A stretch of DNA of 64,000 nt from an uncultured Gemmatimonadaceae bacterium (GTDB taxonomy: Bacteria > Gemmatimonadota > Gemmatimonadetes > Gemmatimonadales > Gemmatimonadaceae). The stretch lies in contig CAWJMB010000002.1 of assembly GCA_963843845.1 (NCBI GenBank), forward strand, positions 1,664,001-1,728,000. Direction: 5' to 3'. Positions 29,965 through 38,508 of this stretch are shown piece after piece (the stretch's first letter is position 1; each line of letters begins with the position of its first letter). The notes under the pieces are model-generated. The model did no database searches, was not told where the DNA came from, and saw only the letters and a program-made list of their open reading frames with translations. A program made the translations under genes and the position numbers.

Positions 29965-30756
29965 TTAGGCGTGCTCGACCCGCGGGTCGAGCGGCAAGGC
30001 GTGTAGCAGGGTCGACCACCCGTCGTGGGCGAGGACGACGGGCCCGGCGAAGCGCTCGGCGATGATGGCTCGCACGTCGACCCCCTCGACGGGCGGGTAG
30101 AAGTGCGTGAGTGCCAGCAGCTTCGGTCGCGCGATCGCCGCGAGCGCGCCGACCTGCTCGGGCGTGAGGTGTGCAGGCACCGCCATCGCCGCCGGCAGGG
30201 AGCATTCGGCGATCAACAGGTCCGCGCCGCGCGCCCACTCGCCGAGCGATGCGTCGTCCGACGTGTCGCCGGTGTAGACCACCCGCGCGCCGCCGAACGT
30301 GACGGAATATGCCACGCTCTCGTCGGTGTGCGGAACCTTGCGACAGGCGAGGGTGACGCCCTCGAACTCGAGCTGAGCGCCGGCCGCGAGCTCGTGGATC
30401 ACGACGGGATAGCCTGGCGCGAGGAGCTTGTCCCAGAGCGCCGCCGCGAGCCGCTCGAAGAGCGCGCGTGTGCCGAGCGGCCCGAACACCGTCACCGGCG
30501 CCGTGCGCGCCGGGAGCTGGCCCCACCGCCAGGCGACGAACAGTGTCGCGAGGTCGCTCGTGTGATCGGCGTCGAAGTGCGTGATGGCCAGGTGAGTGAT
30601 CGCCTGCCAGTCGGTGCCTAACGTCGCCATGCGGTGCACGACGCCGCTGCCGCAGTCGAGGAGCAGCGTCACTGACCCGGCCTCGACGAGATGCCCCGCG
30701 TTCACGCGGCGCGGGTCGGGAGCGGACGCGCCCGTGCCGATCGTGGTGACGCGCAT
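29965..30756 (-). CDS. RNase Z/ElaC-like MBL-fold hydrolase
   Basis: IGTG, LLDCGSG, THFDADHTSD, YTGDT, HLTP, LTHFYP. Confidence 0.8.
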   Translation of the reverse strand: MRVTTIGTGASAPDPRRVNAGHLVEAGSVTLLLDCGSGVVHRMATLGTDWQAITHLAITHFDADHTSDLATLFVAWRWGQLPARTAPVTVFGPLGTRALFERLAAALWDKLLAPGYPVVIHELAAGAQLEFEGVTLACRKVPHTDESVAYSVTFGGARVVYTGDTSDDASLGEWARGADLLIAECSLPAAMAVPAHLTPEQVGALAAIARPKLLALTHFYPPVEGVDVRAIIAERFAGPVVLAHDGWSTLLHALPLDPRVEHA

Positions 30757-30788
30757 CGGAGAAGAACCGTTCGGCACGATCGGGTCCC

Positions 30789-31856
30789 TCAGTGTCGGCC
30801 GCGGAACAACACTTTGCGCGACGTGCGGACGCCGTCAGCCGCGAAGAGGATCTGGTACACACCCTCCGGGACGTGTCGGCCGCGGTCGTCGGTTCCGTCC
30901 CAGGTGGTGCGCGAGTCGCACCCCTCGTTCAGTGCCGTGCGCCCGCGCCCGTAGCGCGCCGCCGGGAGCACGCCGCTCAGGTCGCCGTTCGGAAGGATGC
31001 GCTTGACGTGCAACCCGCGCAGATCGTAGACGTCGAGCTTCACCGTCGACGCCTGCTTGAGGTCGAACCAGATGCAGGTGGCCGATCGCGCGGGCGTCGG
31101 GAAGGGGTTCGGAAAGCTCGGATACATGCCGGTGATGCTGATCGGCACGTCGCTCGCCTCGACGACGAACGGCAAGGGACCGGCGACGGCCGCCTGCGGT
31201 CCGCGCGACACGCGCGCTTCGACGCTCCACCGATACGTCGTGTTCGACTCGAGGTCCGCGCCCGGCACGAACGTCGTGTCGCTGAGCAGCGTCGACACGA
31301 TCGACGCGCCCGTTCCGACGTTCGTGATCGTCACGACGTAGCGCCACGGCCCGGGAGGCTCGTTGATGTCGGGGCTTCGCCAGACGAAGCGCGGCGTGCG
31401 CGTGCGCACGGGCTGGCCGACGACGACCGGCGGCGAGATCGGCGTGACGTACGCCGGAACGGTTTTCGGTCCCGCGATCGAAGAGGCGCCGGTCACCCCC
31501 TGCGGGTCGACCACGCTCGCGCGGTAGTAGACCTGGGCGCCGGGGCCCAGCGGGAAGCTCGGCGCGACGGTCGCGACGCTGTCGCCTGAGAACGTCGTGT
31601 CGAGCACGACACCGCCGGTGAAGGTCGGCGACGTCGAGAGCTGCAACGTGATGCGCAGCGGCCGGGCGGAGCTGAAGCCCGTCGACTGGACGACGAACGT
31701 CGGCGTGACGGACCGCAGCGGCTCTTCCGGCGGCGCGAACACGGCGACGTTCCCTGTCCGCTGTGCGCCGGCCTGCCTAACGATCGTGAGCGACAGGACG
31801 ACCAGCAGCGCGGTCAGCCACGACCGCGCCTCGAGCGCGCGCGAACGTTCGCTCAC
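30789..31856 (-). CDS. Exported beta-rich protein with C-terminal FlgD-Ig / T9SS-type sorting-like domain
   Basis: GTG overlaps the smc stop; signal peptide; YPSFPNPF..LDVYDLRG..WDGTDDRGRHVPEGVYQI. Confidence 0.7.
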   Translation of the reverse strand: MSERSRALEARSWLTALLVVLSLTIVRQAGAQRTGNVAVFAPPEEPLRSVTPTFVVQSTGFSSARPLRITLQLSTSPTFTGGVVLDTTFSGDSVATVAPSFPLGPGAQVYYRASVVDPQGVTGASSIAGPKTVPAYVTPISPPVVVGQPVRTRTPRFVWRSPDINEPPGPWRYVVTITNVGTGASIVSTLLSDTTFVPGADLESNTTYRWSVEARVSRGPQAAVAGPLPFVVEASDVPISITGMYPSFPNPFPTPARSATCIWFDLKQASTVKLDVYDLRGLHVKRILPNGDLSGVLPAARYGRGRTALNEGCDSRTTWDGTDDRGRHVPEGVYQILFAADGVRTSRKVLFRGRH

Positions 31857-34800
31857 ACCGGCGCGGGCTCGTCGGCGGTCGCGAGGTCGTCTGCCGCGCG
31901 GTCCGGCGTGCGCTCTGCCGAGTGGGTCGCTGCGCCGTCGCCGTCGACGGCCTGCCCGTCGACGGCCTGCGGTCGACGGCTGCGGAGTCGGACGCTGACG
32001 AGCGACGAGACGCCCGGATCCTGCATGGTCACGCCGTACACGGCGTCCGCCGCCTCGGTGGTCGTGCGCGGGTTGTGCGTGATGATGATGAACTGGGTTC
32101 TCGCCTTGAACTGGTTCACCATCCGCACGAAGCGCCCGACGTTCTGATCGTCGAGCGGCGCGTCGACCTCGTCGAGGAGGCAGAACGGGCTCGGCTTCGT
32201 GAGGAAGATTCCGAACAGCAGGGACAGCGCGACGAGGGCGCGCTCGCCACTCGAGAGCAGGTGGATGCGCTGCGTGCGCTTGCCGCGCGGGCTCGCGTGC
32301 ACCTCGATGTCGCAGTCCAGCGGGCGCTGGGGATCCTCGAGCCGCAGGTCGCACTCGCCACCGCCGAAGAGCGTGACGAAGATCTGCCGGAAGTTCTCGC
32401 GGACCTGCGCGAACGTCGCGAGGAACAGTTCGCGCGCCGTCGAGTCGATCTCGCGGATCGCCTGCTGCAACGAGTTCCGCGCCTGCACGAGGTCGTCGCG
32501 CTGCGCCGAGAGGAACTCGAAGCGGCGCATCTCTTCCTCGTGCTCCTCGATCGCCAGCGGGTTCACGACGCCGAGCTGCTCGAGCTGACGGTGCAGCTCC
32601 TCTGCTTCGGCCCGGAGCGTCGTCGCCTCGACGTCGACCGCGGTGAACGACGTCAGCAGCTCATCGAGCGGACGGCGCCACTCGGCTTCGAGTCGCTCGC
32701 GCAACGCGTCGCGCCGGCCGGCGAGGTGCGTGTGCCGCAGCGCGGCCGTGTGCAGCTCGTCGGCGATCGCCGTGTGCGCGCGCCGCACCTCGTCCACCGC
32801 GCGCTCGACCGCCGCGAGCGACTCGTTCGCCTCGGCCACGTCGCGCTCGGCGGCTTCGAGCCGCGCGTCGACATCGGCGAGGGCCTGCTCCTTCGACTGG
32901 AGATCGAGCTGCCCGGCGATCAGCTGATCGGAGAGGACCGAGTCGGCTGCCGACAGGGTGCTCAGCTCGCGTTGCAGCGCGTCGAGGCGCTGCGCGGCCG
33001 TCGTCAGCTCCTGCGCGAGCCGCCGCTCGCGGTCGTTCGCGACCTGCATGCGGGCCTGCGTCTGCGCCTGCTCGACCTGCCAGACCGTACGCTCCTCGCG
33101 TGCCGTCTCGAGCGACTGCTCTCCGTGGGTCAGGCGCTCGCGTGCCTGCCTCGCGTCGGCCTCACGCGCGTCGGCTTCGTCGAGCGCACTCTTCGCCTGC
33201 GCCTCGATCGCGCCGACGCGGGATGCCAGCTCCTCGCCACGCTGTGTGAGGCGATCCGCGAGCTGCTGCGCGTCGCCCAACTCGCGTGCGGCGCGAGCGC
33301 GACGGCGCTCGAGCTCCGCGCGCTGATCGTCGGCGCGCCGAGCTTCCTGTTGCGCGGCTGTCGTCGCCTCCGAGCCTGCCGTCTGCACACGCTCCGCGTC
33401 CAGGACCGCCGACCGCGCCGCCTCGAGCCCGGCGAGCGCCTCCGCGCGGCGTGCGTCGCACTGCTGCAGCTCCGCACGCAGCTCCGCGATCTCGGCGCGG
33501 CGGCGGAGCGACCCCGCGCCAGTCGTCTGCCCGGGCAGCGTCATCGCGCCGCGGGCGTCGACGAACGCGTCGCCGACGCCCAACACTTCCACGCCTCCGA
33601 GCAGCGCGCGCACCCACGCGTCGGCGGCGGGCGACGCGGCGACCTGGGCGGCGAGACCGCCGTCGGGCGCGCCCGGCAGCGCGTCGGCCGGCAGGAGCAT
33701 CAGCGGACCGACGCTCGCCGCGCCGTGCCACTCGCGGACGGCCTCCGCGGCCGTACGATCACGCACGACGACCGCGTGCACCGTCGCGCCCAGGAAGCGC
33801 TCGACGAGCGCGGCGCTCGCCGCGTCGGCCGTGATGAAGTCGGAGAGCGGACCGAGCACCGCGCCGTCGCCGAGCTTCGCGCGCTCCTTGAGCAGACGCG
33901 CCGCGGCCGGTGCGAGACCGACACGGTCGCGCTCGAGCGCCTCGAGTCCGTTCACCTTGCCGTGCAGGGACGCACGCGACTCGTCGGCCCTGGCGACCAC
34001 CGTGCGCGCGGTGGCTTCGTGCTCTCGCGCCGCGCGGAGGGCCTGCCGCGCGACCTCGAGCGCGGCCTGCGCTTCGGCCGCGGCGGCGCGGGCGATCGTC
34101 GCACTCTCGGCCGCGGTCGCCAGCTCGCGCTCGGCGGCGGCATGGTGCTCGGCGAGCTGCGTCAGCTCGTCGTCGAGCGTCTCGCGCCGCCGCAGGACTT
34201 CGGCGTGCTCGCGGCGACCGGCGTCGCGGTCGATCTCGAGCCGCCGCGCGCGCTCGCGCAGATCACGCGCCGACCGCTCGGCCTGCTCGACCGTCTGACG
34301 CGCGGCGGCGACGACGCGACGCGCCTCGTCCTCGAGTGCGGCCCGCTGCGCGAGCTCGTCGACCGCGACCCGGTACGCTTCCTCGCACTGCTGTCGCTCG
34401 GCGATCGCGCGCTCGCGCTCGGCGCTCATGCGCTCGCCTAACGCTTCACCCTCGCGGCGCTCCTCTTCGGCGCGCGATCGGCGCGACGTCGCATTGCGCT
34501 GCCGCTCGGCCGACACGGCGAGCTCGCCGCGGAGCGTGAGGACGACCTGCCGCTGCGCGCCCGCGATGCGGGCCAGCTCGTTGCGTGACGCCTCGGTCGC
34601 CGACCGACGGGCCTGCGCGCCTTCGCGCGCGCGCTCGGACTCGGCGAGTCGCGCTTCGGTCTGCGGGTGCTCGAGCTGCAGCTCGGCGAGTCGCACGTCG
34701 AGCCGACTCAGCTCGTCACGCCATTCGTCCATCTCGCGCGCCGCGAGTGTCAGCTCCACGTCGAAGCGGCGCGTCGTCAGCTCCGTGTGGCGCTCGGCCC

Positions 34801-35431
34801 GACGGCGCTGCCGCGCGAGCGAGCGAACCTGCTGTCCGACCTCGTTGATCAGGTCGTCGAGGCGCGACAGGTCGACCGTCGTCTCCTCGAGCCTGCGTTC
34901 GGCGCTGCGGCGGCGGTCGCGATAGAGACCGACGCCGGCCGCCTCTTCGAAGAGCTCGCGTCGCTCGTCCGGACGGTCGGACAGCAGCGCGTCGATCATG
35001 CGGCTCTCGATGACGACGCCGGAGTCGGCGCCGAGTCCGGTGCCGCGCACGAGATCCTGGATGTCGCGCAGGCGGCACGGCGCGCGGTTCAGGAAGTACT
35101 CGCTGTCGCCGGAGCGCGAGAGGCGCCTGGTGATGACGACTTCCTGAAACGGGACCGGGAGGGTGCCGTCGACGTTGTCGAAGTGCAGCGACACTTCGGC
35201 GACGTTCACCGGGCGTCGCGCGGACGAACCCTGGAAGATCACCTCGGTCATGCTGCCGCCGCGGAGCATGCGCGCGCGCTGCTCGCCCAGCACCCAGCGG
35301 ATGGCGTCGCTGACGTTCGACTTGCCGCAGCCGTTCGGCCCGACGATCGCCGTGGCGCCGTCGTCGAACACGAGGCTCGTGTGATCGGCGAACGACTTGA
35401 AGCCGTGCAGCTCCAGCTTGGTCAACCGCAC
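31853..35431 (-). CDS. smc: Chromosome segregation protein SMC
   Basis: GFKSFAD, GPNGCGKSN, long coiled coils, LSSGER, LDEVDAPLD. Confidence 0.97.
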   Translation of the reverse strand: MRLTKLELHGFKSFADHTSLVFDDGATAIVGPNGCGKSNVSDAIRWVLGEQRARMLRGGSMTEVIFQGSSARRPVNVAEVSLHFDNVDGTLPVPFQEVVITRRLSRSGDSEYFLNRAPCRLRDIQDLVRGTGLGADSGVVIESRMIDALLSDRPDERRELFEEAAGVGLYRDRRRSAERRLEETTVDLSRLDDLINEVGQQVRSLARQRRRAERHTELTTRRFDVELTLAAREMDEWRDELSRLDVRLAELQLEHPQTEARLAESERAREGAQARRSATEASRNELARIAGAQRQVVLTLRGELAVSAERQRNATSRRSRAEEERREGEALGERMSAERERAIAERQQCEEAYRVAVDELAQRAALEDEARRVVAAARQTVEQAERSARDLRERARRLEIDRDAGRREHAEVLRRRETLDDELTQLAEHHAAAERELATAAESATIARAAAAEAQAALEVARQALRAAREHEATARTVVARADESRASLHGKVNGLEALERDRVGLAPAAARLLKERAKLGDGAVLGPLSDFITADAASAALVERFLGATVHAVVVRDRTAAEAVREWHGAASVGPLMLLPADALPGAPDGGLAAQVAASPAADAWVRALLGGVEVLGVGDAFVDARGAMTLPGQTTGAGSLRRRAEIAELRAELQQCDARRAEALAGLEAARSAVLDAERVQTAGSEATTAAQQEARRADDQRAELERRRARAARELGDAQQLADRLTQRGEELASRVGAIEAQAKSALDEADAREADARQARERLTHGEQSLETAREERTVWQVEQAQTQARMQVANDRERRLAQELTTAAQRLDALQRELSTLSAADSVLSDQLIAGQLDLQSKEQALADVDARLEAAERDVAEANESLAAVERAVDEVRRAHTAIADELHTAALRHTHLAGRRDALRERLEAEWRRPLDELLTSFTAVDVEATTLRAEAEELHRQLEQLGVVNPLAIEEHEEEMRRFEFLSAQRDDLVQARNSLQQAIREIDSTARELFLATFAQVRENFRQIFVTLFGGGECDLRLEDPQRPLDCDIEVHASPRGKRTQRIHLLSSGERALVALSLLFGIFLTKPSPFCLLDEVDAPLDDQNVGRFVRMVNQFKARTQFIIITHNPRTTTEAADAVYGVTMQDPGVSSLVSVRLRSRRPQAVDGQAVDGDGAATHSAERTPDRAADDLATADEPAPV

Positions 35432-36916
35432 TTACAAACTTCTCCCGGTTCGGTACACGAGCGTCGGTGTGATGCCGGCGGCCTGCAGGGCGCGCGCGAG
35501 CCACGCGGCCTGCTCGGGCTGCTCGAACGCGCCCGCGTAGAGCGCCGCGGTCCCGTCGCCGCGCGACAGGGCGTACACGGAGATGTGCTGCGTCGCGAGC
35601 GCCTCGACGCGCGGACGCACCTGCGCGAGTGGCAGGCGATCCTGTACGAGCAGCGCGTACGGCGTGCGCGCGACGACGCCGGACTCGCGTCCGAGCACGC
35701 CGCTGCGTCGCAGCCTGCCCAACAGCGAGTCCGCGCTGGCGCGGGCGGCGAACGCGCCGACCATGAGGCGATAGTCGGTCGCGCCGTCCTGCAGCACAGG
35801 CGTCAGCGCGACGACCGCGAGCGACGCCGACGTGCGCGCGTCGAGCGCGGTGAGCGCGCCCTCTGGCGTGTTGGACGCGGAGACGTAGGCAGAGTAGAGC
35901 AGTGCCGACGCGGAGTCGCCTGGGTTCGCGACGGAGAGTGCGGTGAGTGGCGCCGGCGTCGCGTTCGCGCGCGGCGTCGTGTCGGTCGTGCTGCGCGGCG
36001 TCTGGAGCGTCGAGGCGCCGGGGCCAGCCGAGTCGTCGCGCGCGGCGCGCGCGCGCGACGAATCCCCGAGGGCGCTGTCGGGACGTGACGTCATGACGTC
36101 ACCCAGCCGCGACGTGCTCCCGGGAAAGAGCCAGAAGATGAGCGCGCCGGCGATCAGGATCGAGAGGATCGCGATCGCGAGCCACCGGTGCCACGCCGGT
36201 CGCCGCGGAGCGTGCGCACCGTACGGCGCGGCAGCGGCGTCGGCCGCGTCCCCGGTCGCGACGCCGGTGCCGAAGCGCGGGGTCCGCGACCGGGGCGCGG
36301 CGCCTCGGTCGGCGCGTGGGGGGTCGGCGTCGCTCGTCCAGGGCGGCGTCGCGTCGGCGCGAGCACGGCGAGAGGCGGTGGGGCATCGGCCAGCGCGCCC
36401 TCCGCCTCGCCGACGATGATGCTGCCATCGACGGAAGCGACGAGGGCGTCGAGCCCCGGCGTGTCTGCCTGCGCGACGAGCAGCAGGAGTGCGCCGACCT
36501 CGCGAAAGCCGCTCGCGAGGCGACGCCACCTGTCGCTCGTGAAGACGTCTTCGGTGGCGACGGCCTCACTCCCACTCGGGAGGACGAACAGGTTCCCCGA
36601 TGCGTCGGCCGGGTGCGCGATGCGGTTGAGGGAGACGCCGTAGAGAAAGCTGTCCGAGATACCGTGTGGGTCGCCGTCGGGGTCGACGAGCGCCTGCAGT
36701 CGGCGCGAGCTCGCCGACGAGATCGGCGACGGCAACGCGCCGTGTCGCGGCCTGCGCCCGCGCGAGCCCCAGCGCGACCCACGCCGCGGCGTCCGCGTCG
36801 CGCCCGACGACGACCGCCGCGTGCACGGAGTCGAGCACGCCCGCCGCGCGCGTGCCTTCCGCGAGCCACGCCTCGCCGCTCCCCGCGGTGCCTGACGTCA
36901 CGTCGGGATCAGTCAC
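35432..36916 (-). CDS. Bitopic protein: degenerate ParA/MinD/BY-kinase-like domain, TM helix and periplasmic SPOR-like region (indels near 36700 and 36350)
   Basis: Joins ORFs 36566..36916, 36154..36735 and 35432..36529; TM WLAIAILSILIAGALIFWL; SPOR-like YRLMVGAFAARASAD and LYAGAFEQPEQA. Confidence 0.7.
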
Positions 36917-36946
36917 GTCTCGCGCATCCGTTGGTCGTACGTCCGC

Positions 36947-38464
36947 TCACGGCGCGCCCGCGTACAGCCAGTACGCGTGGCCCGAGGCCTTGCCGACGCG
37001 TTCGGCCTGCGCGCGCGTCGCGAACGGCCCGGCGACGACGCGGTAGAGCGTGCGTCCGTCGCGCACGGCGGGAACGATGCGCGCCGCGACCTTCTCCGGG
37101 AGCCTGAGCTTCGCGAGCGTGGCGCGGGCATCGCGCTCGGTGTTGGCCGCCGCGAACTGCACGGTGAAGCCGGCCGACGAGATCGTGGCCGCTTCGGCGA
37201 TCTCGATCCGAGGGCGGGCCGGACGCGACGGGGTCGTGTCGTGCGGCGGCGGCACGGTCGTGTCGACGGCGGCGGTGTCGGGCGGCACGGTCGTGTCGGC
37301 GGCGGCGGAGTCGGGAGGCGCCGTCGACTCGAAGCGGACCGGCCGGTCGAGTCCGGCGGCACGCGGGCGAAAGCCGTTCCACTGAACGACGTGCCACCAC
37401 TCACTCGCACCGCCGGCGATCGTGCGCGCGACCTTCATCGTCGCCCCGTCCACGATGACGGCGTCGTTCCCCACCGCGGTCAGCACGGCGCCGTCTGGAA
37501 GCACGAGCGGGAGATCGCCGCGCCACGCGCTGCGAATCGTCCCGACGACCGTGTTCGTGCTCACCGCCACGAGCCAGGCCGAGTCGCCCTGCGCAGCCCG
37601 CGCGATCACGTACCTGCCGACCGGATCGATGCGAAGATCGCTCGCCACGCCCGGCAGGTCGACCGTCCCCGAGACGCGATTGCTGTAGCGATCCAGCACG
37701 CCTAACGATTCCTCGCCCTCGAGCGACGCATAGAATCGATCGCCGCTCGGCGTCGCGGCGAGCGCGCGCACGGAGGCGTCGAACGTCACGTCGTCGAGCG
37801 CGTCGAGCGCCCGCGTCTGGACGCCGGCCAGCTCCGCGCCGTTCGCGAAGTAGACGCGCTCCGACGTCCGCGCGTCGACGACGTGACCGGCAGCGTCGAC
37901 GACGAGCGAATCCGACGCGCGCGTGCTCGGTGGACGGAAGCGCCACACGAGCCCGGTGGTGCCGCGCGCGGCCGCCACCACCACCGAGCCGTCGCGCTGC
38001 GGCACGATCTCCTGCACCGTGCCGCGCACGCGGACGCTCCACTCGCCACCGCTGGGCACGAGGCGCGTGACCGCGCCGTCGGGCTGCACGCCGAAGATGT
38101 CGACGCCGTCGAGCGACGCGAGCGAGGCGAGCGGCTTCGGGTTCGCGCGCCGAACCGTGCCGAGTCGAAGGTCGAGCCGGACGGGGGTGCCGTCATCGCT
38201 CACGGCGGCGAGTGACCCGCCCTCCGCGTCGAACGCGAGCGCGCGATCGAGGGCCGGTGCCGGCTCCTGCGACCGCCAGACCGTGGAATCGAGGGCCGGA
38301 TAGAGCGCCGCCGTGATGCGACCGCCGTCGCGTGGCGCGCGCAGCACCACGGCGTCGGGGCCTGTCCGGGCGGCGGACGTGCCGGGCTCGGCTGACGACG
38401 AGCGGCGGTCAGAGCCGCAGCCGGCCAGCGCGAAGAGCAGGGAGAGGAAGGCGAGCGGGCGCAC
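36947..38464 (-). CDS. Lipoprotein with beta-propeller-like region and C-terminal SPOR domain
   Basis: Lipobox LAGC; SPOR FTVQFAA...YRVVAGPFATRAQAE. Confidence 0.8.
   Translation of the reverse strand: MRPLAFLSLLFALAGCGSDRRSSSAEPGTSAARTGPDAVVLRAPRDGGRITAALYPALDSTVWRSQEPAPALDRALAFDAEGGSLAAVSDDGTPVRLDLRLGTVRRANPKPLASLASLDGVDIFGVQPDGAVTRLVPSGGEWSVRVRGTVQEIVPQRDGSVVVAAARGTTGLVWRFRPPSTRASDSLVVDAAGHVVDARTSERVYFANGAELAGVQTRALDALDDVTFDASVRALAATPSGDRFYASLEGEESLGVLDRYSNRVSGTVDLPGVASDLRIDPVGRYVIARAAQGDSAWLVAVSTNTVVGTIRSAWRGDLPLVLPDGAVLTAVGNDAVIVDGATMKVARTIAGGASEWWHVVQWNGFRPRAAGLDRPVRFESTAPPDSAAADTTVPPDTAAVDTTVPPPHDTTPSRPARPRIEIAEAATISSAGFTVQFAAANTERDARATLAKLRLPEKVAARIVPAVRDGRTLYRVVAGPFATRAQAERVGKASGHAYWLYAGAP
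37248..37314 (-). repeat. Two-copy 33-bp tandem repeat in the SPOR-protein linker
   Basis: Encodes PPDSAAADTTV / PPDTAAVDTTV. Confidence 0.7.
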
Positions 38465-38508
38465 GACGGAAGGTAATGGAGAAGCCCCGAGACCCGAGTC
38501 CCGGCGCG

